37,719 nt of DNA, from the NCBI GenBank assembly GCA_037441745.1, contig JBBIRP010000001.1:1-37719 (forward strand), in the 5' to 3' direction. This DNA comes from Ignavibacteriales bacterium. GTDB taxonomy: Bacteria > Bacteroidota > Ignavibacteria > UBA10030 > SZUA-254. Below the pieces are notes generated by a model. The model did no database searches. It saw nothing but the letters and a program-made list of their open reading frames with translations, and was not told where the DNA came from. Below are positions 1 to 8,888 of this stretch, piece by piece. Within the stretch, counting starts at the first letter, position 1. Every line of letters starts with the position of its first letter. The translations under genes were made by a program, and so were the position numbers.

Positions 1-1226
1 TATGCACTGATTGCCACGGTGAACATAATATTTTACCACACGATGATCCATTATCCCGTATTGCACCCATAAATATATCGGGCCAGATCTGTACTCCATG
101 TCATAGTTCTGTAAAGTTGTCGGAGAAGTATGGAATTGCAAGCAATCGCATCGAAACATTTTCCGACAGCTACCACGGACTTGCCAACAAAGCTGGTTCA
201 ATTGAAGTAGCTAACTGCGCTAGCTGTCATGGTGTACATAATATTAAACCATCCAGTGATTCAACATCAACTATTAGCAAGCAGAATCTCGTTAAAACAT
301 GTGGCAAATGCCACCCGGGTGCAAATGAACGCTTTACAATAGGTTCAGTTCATAGCACGACTAAATCAAAACAAGAACCTTTACTCTATTGGATTGCTAC
401 GACCTATATTATTTTGATAATCGTTACCATTGGGGGAATGTTCATACACAATCTATTTGATTTTGTAAAAAAGTCGAAACGGAAGTTAATGATCCGACGT
501 GGTCTAATATCTGACAAGCATTACAGCATACAAATGTATCTCCGTATGTCATTAAATGAACGAATCCAGCATGGGGCATTATTTACAAGTTTTATAACAT
601 TAGTATTAACGGGTTTTGCATTAAAATTTCCTGATGCTTGGTGGGTTGTTCCAATTCGAAATGTAAGTCCACTAATATTTGAAATTCGTGGTATAGTACA
701 CCGCGTCGCTGCGGTTGTAATGGTACTTGCAAGTTTATACCATCTCTATTATATTCTTTTCGTTCCTCGAGGAAAACAGCTGATCAAAGATTTATTACCT
801 ACAACGAAAGACATTAACGACTTTATAAACGCATTGATGTATAACTTTGGAGCAAACCAATTCAAACCAAAATTTGGTAGATTTAGTTACATCGAGAAGG
901 CTGAATATTGGGCCTTAGTTTGGGGTACTATCGTTATGACAGTCACTGGAACCATTCTTTGGTTTGATAACACCTTCATGGGACTTCTTACAAAATTAGG
1001 ATGGGACGCAGCTCGAACTATTCATTATTACGAAGCCTGGCTTGCAACATTAGCAATAATAGTTTGGCATTTTTATTTTGTAATATTCAACCCCGATGTT
1101 TATCCAATAAATCTCGCATTTTGGAAGGGAACTCTTACCGAAGAAGAGATGATGGAAGAACATCCACTTGAGCTTGAACAGATCAAACGAGAAGAATTTA
1201 AAAAGTCTACTGATGCTGAAATCTAA
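1..1226 (+). CDS. Multihaem c-type cytochrome fused to a C-terminal FdnI/HydC-type cytochrome b membrane domain (CbcL-like inner-membrane quinol oxidoreductase). The 5' end lies upstream of the window.
   Basis: The frame of ORF 117-1226 is open from nt 3 (translation CTDCHGEHNILPHDDP...). Four CxxCH motifs are in the window: CTDCH, CTPCH, CASCH, CGKCH. A TM helix follows (LLYWIATTYIILIIVTIGGMFI), then four helices with conserved His (ERIQHG; IVHRVAAVVMVLASLYHLYY; RTIHYYEAW...VWHFYF). It is clearly paralogous to ORF 3233-4084. Confidence 0.8.
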   Translation, partial: CTDCHGEHNILPHDDPLSRIAPINISGQICTPCHSSVKLSEKYGIASNRIETFSDSYHGLANKAGSIEVANCASCHGVHNIKPSSDSTSTISKQNLVKTCGKCHPGANERFTIGSVHSTTKSKQEPLLYWIATTYIILIIVTIGGMFIHNLFDFVKKSKRKLMIRRGLISDKHYSIQMYLRMSLNERIQHGALFTSFITLVLTGFALKFPDAWWVVPIRNVSPLIFEIRGIVHRVAAVVMVLASLYHLYYILFVPRGKQLIKDLLPTTKDINDFINALMYNFGANQFKPKFGRFSYIEKAEYWALVWGTIVMTVTGTILWFDNTFMGLLTKLGWDAARTIHYYEAWLATLAIIVWHFYFVIFNPDVYPINLAFWKGTLTEEEMMEEHPLELEQIKREEFKKSTDAEI

Positions 1227-3252
1227 TTTTACGCTTCTACATGTGAAAAAATCATTCCTTTTTAGTTTTTCACTCACGCTTTTAATTTTTTGCACAAATC
1301 TAAAAAGTTCTTCACAAGAAAATAGTGTGTGTTTTTCTTGCCACAATGATAAATCATTGAAGGGTACACGCAAAGGGAAAACGTTTTCAGTTTTTATTGA
1401 TGAGAAAAAATTCTCCAATTCAGTACATGGTTCATTGACTTGTATCTCTTGTCATGTTGATTTAGAAGGAAAGGAACTTCCACATGATGAAGATTTAGCA
1501 CCTGTCAATTGTGGTAATTGTCATACATCGGAGTACGAACAGCATGAGAGCTCACTCCATGGAAAAGCTTTGTTAAAAGGTGATCAACTTGCCCCACATT
1601 GTTATGATTGCCACGGTAAGCACGATATACTATCAGCAAAAGACCCTAATTCACCGATAACACCATTAAAAATTCCGTTTCTTTGTGGCAAGTGTCATCA
1701 AGAGGGGGCGCCAGTACAACAACAGCGAATTATCCACCAAGATCACATCATTGAAAACTTTTCCGAAAGTATTCACGGCGAAGGATTGCTAAGAAAGGGA
1801 CTAATCGTAGCTCCGAGTTGCGTATCATGCCACACAGCCCATTCGATTTTACCTCATACCGAACCTTCTTCTTCAATATCCAGAAAAAATATTGCTTCAA
1901 CATGCAGTAAGTGCCATGCAGAAATAGAAATTGTCCACCGCAAAGTGATAAAAGGAGAATTGTGGGAAAAGCAAGCGCATGTTTTACCCGCCTGCGTAGA
2001 TTGCCATCAACCACATAAAATCAGAAAAATATTTTACGATCAAGGAATGGCTGACCGTGATTGTATGACGTGCCACGAAAAACTCGATATCAAGTCTTCC
2101 AAAGATGGGCGTTCACTTTATGTCAAGTACACAACGTTGAAACTTTCGCGACACTTGAATATTGCATGTAGCCAATGTCATTCAGAAGTAAATGCTTCCC
2201 ACTCACGTCCTTGCGATGCAATTACCAAGCAAGTCGATTGCTCTGCATGTCATGCTGAAATTGGAAATCAATATTTAAAAAGTATTCATGGACAGTATTT
2301 CACTAAGAACGACCTAAACGCACCATCGTGTAAAGAATGTCACGGAACTCATAGTGTTCTGGGAAAAACAGACCCAAAATCACCAACATTCCCAACAACC
2401 GTACCTAAGTTATGTGCTCGGTGCCATCGCGAAGGTCAAAAAGCCGCAGTCCGATATTCAGGCGATGAACACCAGATCATTGAACATTACACTGAGAGCA
2501 TCCACGGTAAAGGTTTAATAAAAAGTGGATTAACAGTAACTGCTATGTGCACAAATTGCCATACTGCACACAATGTGTTACCACATACTGACACTGCTTC
2601 GAGCATTAATCCTAAAAATCTTCCAACAACTTGCGGTAAATGTCACCATGGAATCGAAGAACAGTTCAGACAAAGCATTCATTCTAAACTTGTTGGAAAA
2701 ACTGATAAAGAATTACCTGTATGCGCTGATTGTCATAGTGCGCACACAATACGTAGAGCAGATGAAACTGGTTTTAAACTTGACATTATGCAAAAATGCG
2801 GAAGATGCCATGAAGATATAGCAAAAACTTATTTCGATACTTATCATGGTAAAGTTTCTCAGCTTGGATATACAAAAACTGCTAAATGCTATGATTGTCA
2901 CGGTGCACACGATATATTACCGATTTCAGATCCAAAATCACATTTAAGTCGTGAAAACGTAGTTAGAACATGCCAGAAATGTCATCCAGGAGCTACTCGC
3001 AGATTTGCCGGTTATCTAACTCACGCAACACACCACGACCCGAAGAAATATCCGTTTCTTTTTTGGACATTCTGGGGTATGACTGCACTCTTGATTGGAA
3101 CATTCATACTTGGGGGAATACACACACTCCTGTGGCTACCACGCGCTTTAAAAATGCAACGAAAGTTAAAAGAATTATCTAAGAATACGGTAAAAAATAA
3201 AAATCAAGAAATCTCGGAAGTAAAGAAAGACGATGGAAAAAACAATGAATAA
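1213..3252 (+). CDS. 19-haem c-type cytochrome built of doubled-CXXCH modules, with an N-terminal signal peptide and a C-terminal TM anchor
   Basis: I counted 19 exact CxxCH motifs in the translation. I prefer the ATG at 1213 (MLKSNFTLLHVKKSFLFSFSLTLLIF...SSQ, signal-like) over the track start at 1168; it overlaps the upstream stop by 14 nt. The C-terminus has a hydrophobic helix, FLFWTFWGMTALLIGTFILGGIHTLLWL, followed by a basic tail. Confidence 0.9.
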   Translation: MLKSNFTLLHVKKSFLFSFSLTLLIFCTNLKSSSQENSVCFSCHNDKSLKGTRKGKTFSVFIDEKKFSNSVHGSLTCISCHVDLEGKELPHDEDLAPVNCGNCHTSEYEQHESSLHGKALLKGDQLAPHCYDCHGKHDILSAKDPNSPITPLKIPFLCGKCHQEGAPVQQQRIIHQDHIIENFSESIHGEGLLRKGLIVAPSCVSCHTAHSILPHTEPSSSISRKNIASTCSKCHAEIEIVHRKVIKGELWEKQAHVLPACVDCHQPHKIRKIFYDQGMADRDCMTCHEKLDIKSSKDGRSLYVKYTTLKLSRHLNIACSQCHSEVNASHSRPCDAITKQVDCSACHAEIGNQYLKSIHGQYFTKNDLNAPSCKECHGTHSVLGKTDPKSPTFPTTVPKLCARCHREGQKAAVRYSGDEHQIIEHYTESIHGKGLIKSGLTVTAMCTNCHTAHNVLPHTDTASSINPKNLPTTCGKCHHGIEEQFRQSIHSKLVGKTDKELPVCADCHSAHTIRRADETGFKLDIMQKCGRCHEDIAKTYFDTYHGKVSQLGYTKTAKCYDCHGAHDILPISDPKSHLSRENVVRTCQKCHPGATRRFAGYLTHATHHDPKKYPFLFWTFWGMTALLIGTFILGGIHTLLWLPRALKMQRKLKELSKNTVKNKNQEISEVKKDDGKNNE

Positions 3253-4084
3253 ATCAACTGAAAAAGAATATCTTCGTTTTTCAAGATTGAATAGAATTCT
3301 TCACGTCTGCATGATTGTAAGTTTTCTAAGTTTAGCACTCACAGGTATGACATTAAAATTTTCATATACAAATTGGGCCGTTGTTTTATCGCACTTCTTT
3401 GGTGGTTTCGAAACCGCCGGATTCATACACCGATTTGCTGCTATAATAATGTTCGGAGTTTTTTTTAGTCATCTTTACGACCTCAGACGTAGAAAACGTA
3501 CTGAATTCGGTACATGGAGAAAAATGCTATTTGGTAATGACACAATGCTGTTTAATAAAAAGGATATAAAAGATCTTATCGGCAATTTTAAGTGGTTTCT
3601 TGGATTAGGACCGCGCCCAAAATTCGGACGATGGACATATTGGGAAAAGTTTGATTATTTTGCAGTTTTTTGGGGAATAACTGTAATTGGTTCCACAGGC
3701 TTAACTCTTTGGTTCCCCGAATTCTTCACACTTTTTTTACCTGGTTGGTTTATTAATGTCGCTACGATCATACATAGCGATGAGGCACTTCTAGCGACTG
3801 GTTTTATTTTTACTGTACACTTTTTCAATACACACCTTCGTCCAGAAAAATTCCCAATGGATATAGTTATCTTTACTGGAAGAATGCCGTTAGAAGAGTT
3901 TAAACGAGATAAGCCAGGCGAATTTGAGGAACTCCTAAAAAAAGGCGAACTTGAAAATTATCTCGTTGATTCATATCCGCCAATAGTTATTCGTACCATT
4001 CGCATATTTGGATGGATTGCATTAACGATCGGGTTTAGTATTATAATCTGGATTGTATATGCAATGATATTTGTTTACCGTTAA
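3233..4084 (+). CDS. Membrane cytochrome b subunit (FdnI/HydC, Ni_hydr_CYTB-like), partner of the 19-haem cytochrome
   Basis: Four hydrophobic helices carry conserved His: RILHVCM; FIHRFAAIIMFGVFFSHLY; ATIIHSDEALLATGFIFTVHFFNTH. It aligns by eye with the C-terminal half of ORF 1-1226 (LTG..LKF, IHR.AA, PKFGR.[ST]Y.EK, TG..LWF, IH..EA.LAT). An alternative start at ATG 3245 forms an ATGAATAA start/stop overlap with the upstream gene. Confidence 0.8.
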   Translation: MEKTMNKSTEKEYLRFSRLNRILHVCMIVSFLSLALTGMTLKFSYTNWAVVLSHFFGGFETAGFIHRFAAIIMFGVFFSHLYDLRRRKRTEFGTWRKMLFGNDTMLFNKKDIKDLIGNFKWFLGLGPRPKFGRWTYWEKFDYFAVFWGITVIGSTGLTLWFPEFFTLFLPGWFINVATIIHSDEALLATGFIFTVHFFNTHLRPEKFPMDIVIFTGRMPLEEFKRDKPGEFEELLKKGELENYLVDSYPPIVIRTIRIFGWIALTIGFSIIIWIVYAMIFVYR

Positions 4085-4176
4085 TCAAAAAAATTTATTA
4101 TATTCATACTTAATATTTTCATAAATTTCTATATCAATCTAAAATTTTGATTATTCAGATACTATAATATTTCTCC

Positions 4177-5667
4177 ATGAAACGGATTTTTCCACCTTCA
4201 TTCTACAATCTTACAACACTTGTAGGTGCATCAATTGCATCGGTTAGTTTGGGACTAATCGTTTTTCTGACGATCATTGAATTATTTTCAACCGAACAAA
4301 AACCGTACATGGGAATAATAGCATTTGTAATTTTACCTGCCTTCCTTTTATTGGGTATTCTTCTAATTTTTCTTGGTATAATCAGAGAACATCGGCTTGA
4401 ACGCAAAGGTAAACCTCATGGTCTTCATTTTCCGCAAATCGATTTAAATAACCCTCGACACCGAACTGCTTTCACGTTCTTTTCGATCGGAGGAATTTTG
4501 TTATTAATGTTCTCAGCTTTTGGTAGTTTTAAAGCATACGAATATACCGACTCAGACAATTTTTGCGGTGAAACTTGTCATAAGGTGATGTATCCCGAGT
4601 TTACGGCATATCAATATTCTCCTCACGCTCGTGTTGGGTGCGTCCAATGCCATATCGGTCCAGGCGCAACTTGGTTTGTGCGTTCAAAACTCTCAGGCGC
4701 ATATCAGGTCTATGCGACTATATTCAATAAATATCCACGTCCAATTCCAACACCAATTCAAAATCTACGACCAGCGCAAGAAACCTGTGAACAATGTCAT
4801 TGGCCCAAGCATTTCTTCAGTGAAAAACAACATGTAAATACATATTATTTGAGCGACGAAAATAATACAAAATGGACGCTGAATCTGCTAATGAAAATTG
4901 GAGGAGGTAACATCGAAGCTGGCCCAACATCAGGAATTCATTGGCACATGAATATCGCACACGAAGTTACCTATGCTGCGATAGATTCTCAACGTATGAT
5001 TATCCCTTGGGTAAAAGTTAAAGACCCTGACGGCAAAGAAAGAATTTATCGAAGTACGGAAATAGAGATAACAGAAGATAGTTTAGCAAAAGTCGAAAAG
5101 CGTAGAATGGACTGTATTGATTGCCACAATCGACCTAGCCACATTTATCATCCACCTGCAAGATCTGTAAATCACTTAATGTCGCTTGGGTGGATCGATC
5201 CAGAATTACCTTCCATTAAGAGCATTAGCGTTAAAGTTTTAGAATATCCATATACTACAAACCAGACAGCTTTGGATAGTATAAAATCGGAAATCGAAGA
5301 ATATTACAAATCAAATTATCCAGAAGTATACAAAAATAACGCCATCGAAAAAACGATAACTGAATTGCAGAAAGTTTATAGTCGAAATTACTTCCCAGAA
5401 ATGAAAATTAACTGGAAAAGGTACCCAGAGCATATCGGTCATCTTTATGCACCTGGATGTTTTAGATGTCACGATGGAAAACACATTAATAATGATGGTA
5501 AGGTTCTTTCTAAAGATTGTAATCAGTGCCATACGATTCTCGCTCAACATTTTGAAAAACAAAAAGAGCGTATTTCATTGAGTGGTGTAGAATATGTTCA
5601 TCCTGTTGATATAGGTGATGCATGGAAAGAGACAAACTGTAGTGAGTGTCATGCCGGCGAACAGTGA
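4177..5667 (+). CDS. Inner-membrane NapC/NirT-type multihaem cytochrome with three N-terminal TM helices and 7 haem motifs (ImcH-like)
   Basis: Three hydrophobic helices lie in the first ~115 aa. The NapC/NirT-like signature follows: FCGETCHKVMYPEFTAYQYSPHARVGCVQCH. There are six CxxCH motifs (CVQCH, CEQCH, CIDCH, CFRCH, CNQCH, CSECH) plus one CxxxCH (CGETCH). This architecture matches published descriptions of Geobacter ImcH. Confidence 0.78.
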   Translation: MKRIFPPSFYNLTTLVGASIASVSLGLIVFLTIIELFSTEQKPYMGIIAFVILPAFLLLGILLIFLGIIREHRLERKGKPHGLHFPQIDLNNPRHRTAFTFFSIGGILLLMFSAFGSFKAYEYTDSDNFCGETCHKVMYPEFTAYQYSPHARVGCVQCHIGPGATWFVRSKLSGAYQVYATIFNKYPRPIPTPIQNLRPAQETCEQCHWPKHFFSEKQHVNTYYLSDENNTKWTLNLLMKIGGGNIEAGPTSGIHWHMNIAHEVTYAAIDSQRMIIPWVKVKDPDGKERIYRSTEIEITEDSLAKVEKRRMDCIDCHNRPSHIYHPPARSVNHLMSLGWIDPELPSIKSISVKVLEYPYTTNQTALDSIKSEIEEYYKSNYPEVYKNNAIEKTITELQKVYSRNYFPEMKINWKRYPEHIGHLYAPGCFRCHDGKHINNDGKVLSKDCNQCHTILAQHFEKQKERISLSGVEYVHPVDIGDAWKETNCSECHAGEQ

Positions 5668-5707
5668 AAATATTTAATTAGAAAAATAGATTAGGAAAGG
5701 AAAATTG

Positions 5708-6448
5708 ATGCAAAAATTTTTCTCAAAATTCCCAGATGCATTTATAAGAATCGGTCTTCTTTTTGCAGGATTGGTAGCATTAATTATTATAATACGTGGT
5801 TTGTTACCACCTGAAATTAAAAAAACAGAGATACATAAAAAATCTACAGTCGATAGGGAAATTGCAAAACCAATAAATTATGCTGGTTCAAATGTTTGCG
5901 GCAATTGTCATGAAGAATCAAACATAAAAAGTACAGGTTATCATAGAAATTTATCTTGCGAGACTTGCCATGGGGCAGCAAAAGAACATTCCGAAAACCC
6001 ATCTGATGTGAAACCGCAAATACCAAGACAACGTGAATTCTGCACACATTGTCATAATTATGATATGTCGAGACCGACTGGTTTTCCACAAATTAATCCA
6101 ATTGCGCACAATCCATTGAAACCTTGTGTAACTTGCCACAATCCACATGATCCTAAACCACCAACCACACCTCAGGAATGTCAAGCATGTCATGCAGAAA
6201 TAGCAAGGACAAAAGCAATATCATATCATGTTATGGTAGAGTGTACGACTTGCCATAGAGTAAAAGTTGAACATAAGTTGGCACCACAAATCATAAAAGC
6301 AACTATACCATCTGATAAGATATTTTGTGCGAGATGTCACTCAAAAGAATTGTCTACAAAAGGGATATCAAATATAGATTTTACCTCACATTATGAGAAA
6401 TATATGTGTTGGCAATGTCATGATCCACATAATCCGGAGATTGAATAA
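5708..6448 (+). CDS. Octahaem c-type cytochrome with an N-terminal membrane anchor
   Basis: Eight CxxCH motifs: CGNCH, CETCH, CTHCH, CVTCH, CQACH, CTTCH, CARCH, CWQCH. The N-terminal helix is IRIGLLFAGLVALIIIIRGLL. I prefer the ATG at 5708 over the TTG at 5705; a purine-rich aggaaaggaaaa lies upstream. Confidence 0.85.
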   Translation: MQKFFSKFPDAFIRIGLLFAGLVALIIIIRGLLPPEIKKTEIHKKSTVDREIAKPINYAGSNVCGNCHEESNIKSTGYHRNLSCETCHGAAKEHSENPSDVKPQIPRQREFCTHCHNYDMSRPTGFPQINPIAHNPLKPCVTCHNPHDPKPPTTPQECQACHAEIARTKAISYHVMVECTTCHRVKVEHKLAPQIIKATIPSDKIFCARCHSKELSTKGISNIDFTSHYEKYMCWQCHDPHNPEIE

Positions 6449-6450
6449 AT

Positions 6451-7191
6451 ATGAATAGAAGAAATTTCATAAACAAATTTATGAAGCAACTTGCATCCAT
6501 AAGCATTATAAATGGTTTTACAAAGAAAGCACACGCAACCCCAAATAGTTACGATGCCTCGAAACATTATTATGAAATGGGAATACAGGTTGATAAATGT
6601 ATCGGGTGTGGTACTTGCATGGATGCCTGTAAAATAGAAAATGATGTCCCAAAAGAACCGTTTTTCTTTAGGACGTGGGTGGAACGCTATATTATAAAAA
6701 AAGATCGTAGTGTTCAGGTCCAAAATATCAAAGGATGGACTGGTGAATTAACCGAAAAAACCACCGAGGCAGACGTTCTAAGAAGCTTTTTTGTTCCAAA
6801 GTTATGCAATCAATGCGATAACCCTCCCTGTGTCCAAGTTTGCCCGGTTGGTGCAACTTTCAAAACGGAGGATGGAGTAATTTTAGTCGATGATACACGT
6901 TGCATAGGTTGCAGGTATTGTATTCAAGCTTGTCCTTATGGTGCTCGATTTTTACATCCAGAAAAGAGTACCGCTGAAAAATGCACATTTTGTTATCATC
7001 GAATTACAAAAGATTTGTTACCTGCTTGCGTTGAAGTTTGCCCAACGCAAGCAAGAATATTCGGAGACCAAAAAAGTCCTGCAAGCCCTCTTAATAGGTT
7101 CAAGCATAGAAGCAAAATTCATGTTTTAAAACCAGCATTAAATACTGAACCCAAAGTATATTATTCAAATCTTGACGGAGAAGTTCGATGA
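6451..7191 (+). CDS. Tat-exported NrfC/HmcB-type ferredoxin subunit with four [4Fe-4S] motifs
   Basis: Twin-arginine motif MNRRNFINKF. The four Cys clusters are CIGCGTCMDAC, CNQCDNPPCVQVCP, CIGCRYCIQACP and CTFCYHR...ACVEVCP. The gene starts 2 nt after the upstream stop. Confidence 0.9.
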   Translation: MNRRNFINKFMKQLASISIINGFTKKAHATPNSYDASKHYYEMGIQVDKCIGCGTCMDACKIENDVPKEPFFFRTWVERYIIKKDRSVQVQNIKGWTGELTEKTTEADVLRSFFVPKLCNQCDNPPCVQVCPVGATFKTEDGVILVDDTRCIGCRYCIQACPYGARFLHPEKSTAEKCTFCYHRITKDLLPACVEVCPTQARIFGDQKSPASPLNRFKHRSKIHVLKPALNTEPKVYYSNLDGEVR

Positions 7192-8402
7192 CCCCAATTA
7201 TTGAACATTTAACTGAGTTAGCAAAACAAGTTTCTGGGTATATCTATCCGAATGAAATTGAAATCCATTGGTCAATACTGATTGTCGTTTATCCATATGT
7301 GACTGGCTTAGTTGCTGGGGCTTTTATCCTCGCATCACTTGTAAAAATATTCAATGTTAAAGAGGTTCAATCTGTTTATCGTCTCTCGCTATTGACAGCA
7401 TTAGCATTTTTATTAGTAGCACCACTACCTTTATTGCTTCATCTCGGCCACCCAGAACGTTCATACGAAATTTTCTTAAACCCAAATCTAAGTTCAGCAA
7501 TGGCAATGTTTGGATTCGTGTATACTTGGTACCTTATGGTCGTCTTACTACTTGAGATTTGGTTCACTTATAGGAAAGATTTGGTTCTCTTATCTCAAGA
7601 AGAAAAATTCCCAATGAACTGGATACACAAAATTGTCGTTTTATTTTCAAGAGATACAAGTGAGAGAGGAACTAATTTTGATAAAAAGGTTCTGAAGATA
7701 ATAACCATCATTGGTATTCCATCTGCATTTTTACTTCATGGTTATGTTGGGTTCATCTTTGGCTCAATCAAAGCAAATCCATGGTGGAGTAGCGTGTTAA
7801 TTCCTATAGTCTTTTTATTCTCTGCGATTGTCTCCGGCATAGCACTTGTGATTTTTTTATATATGATAATAACAACCTACCGAGGTGAACAAATTGATAT
7901 GGGCTGTCTTGATAAAATGGCTTCATACCTTTTTTATGCTGTTATTGTAGATTTTTCACTTGAGATGCTCGATTTTATACATCGTTTATACGAGAGCGAA
8001 GAGTCTATTCATATTTTATCTGAGCTAGTAATGAACAAACTTTTTATCAGCCTCGGTATCATTCAAGTTTTATTGGGTATGATTATACCATTGGGGATAA
8101 TGATTTCTATAAAATTGTTGAAAGTTGAAGCCGAACTTAGAAAATTATTATATTTTGTTTCAATAATACTTATTCAGATTGGAATTTTCGCCACAAGATG
8201 GAATGTTGTGATTGGAGGCCAGATGTTCTCAAAAAGTTTTAGAGGGTTAACCGCATATAAAATGGAACTTGGTGGTATTGAAGGCTTACTTGTTGCTCTG
8301 GGTGTGCTTGTACTGCCGTTCATTATACTCACGATCTTATTCAAAATATTCCCACCCTGGGAGTATAGAAAGAAGAACATCGTTGTTGAAACAGCAAACT
8401 AA
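7188..8402 (+). CDS. NrfD/PsrC-family polytopic membrane quinone-interacting subunit
   Basis: 404 aa, highly hydrophobic with 8-10 predicted helices. ATGA overlap with the upstream FeS gene. Its position after an NrfC-like gene is the classic NrfCD arrangement. Confidence 0.85.
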   Translation: MTPIIEHLTELAKQVSGYIYPNEIEIHWSILIVVYPYVTGLVAGAFILASLVKIFNVKEVQSVYRLSLLTALAFLLVAPLPLLLHLGHPERSYEIFLNPNLSSAMAMFGFVYTWYLMVVLLLEIWFTYRKDLVLLSQEEKFPMNWIHKIVVLFSRDTSERGTNFDKKVLKIITIIGIPSAFLLHGYVGFIFGSIKANPWWSSVLIPIVFLFSAIVSGIALVIFLYMIITTYRGEQIDMGCLDKMASYLFYAVIVDFSLEMLDFIHRLYESEESIHILSELVMNKLFISLGIIQVLLGMIIPLGIMISIKLLKVEAELRKLLYFVSIILIQIGIFATRWNVVIGGQMFSKSFRGLTAYKMELGGIEGLLVALGVLVLPFIILTILFKIFPPWEYRKKNIVVETAN

Positions 8403-8426
8403 CTTTTTTTAATTAGGAAATATATT

Positions 8427-8888
8427 ATGAATATAAACAACGCACAAATGACATCTGTACATGAAAGTAAACGTAATTTTTTAAAATACATCTTCTCGGG
8501 TAGTATAGTTGCGTTATTTGGTTCAATTCTATATCCAATACTCGCATATCTAATACCACCTAAACAAAGAGAGGTTATTGTATCTAATGTTAAGGCTGGG
8601 AAATTAATCGACATTGAGAAGGATAGTGGTCGAATTATAAAATTTGGGAGAAAGCCTGTAATTCTCATTCGAACAAGCAAAGGTGATTTAAAAGCGTTTT
8701 CTGCAACTTGTACACATTTAGATTGTACAGTCCAATATCGAAAAGATATGGGGATGATATGGTGTGCTTGTCATAATGGTAAATATGATTTGAATGGCAG
8801 AAATGTTTCAGGTCCACCACCGCGCCCATTAGATGAATTTAAAGTGATTGTTCAAGGAGAGGAGGTATTCATCACGAAAAAATCATGA
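8427..8888 (+). CDS. Rieske [2Fe-2S] protein
   Basis: Both Rieske boxes are present: CTHLDCTV and CACHNGKY. An N-terminal TM helix ([22 protein letters not shown]) is preceded by SKRNFLKY, a KR variant of the Tat motif. Confidence 0.9.
   Translation: MNINNAQMTSVHESKRNFLKYIFSGSIVALFGSILYPILAYLIPPKQREVIVSNVKAGKLIDIEKDSGRIIKFGRKPVILIRTSKGDLKAFSATCTHLDCTVQYRKDMGMIWCACHNGKYDLNGRNVSGPPPRPLDEFKVIVQGEEVFITKKS

Noticed and set aside
1168-1212. Upstream extension of the 19-haem cytochrome (track start at 1168)
   Set aside because: The first 15 codons (MSLNRSNEKNLKSLL) precede a typical signal peptide that begins at Met 1213. The extension would overlap the upstream gene by 59 nt.
1050-1418. Minus-strand 122-aa ORF, plus similar antisense or alternative-frame ORFs nested in the cytochrome genes (1748-2014, 2573-2821, 2713-2910, 2970-3182, 4203-4406, 4631-4837, 5311-5562, 5844-6089, 5951-6193)
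   Set aside because: Each lies entirely inside a gene with strong motif support (CxxCH arrays, cytochrome b helices). They have low-complexity, AT-codon-biased translations with no recognisable motif, as expected for shadow ORFs in AT-rich DNA.
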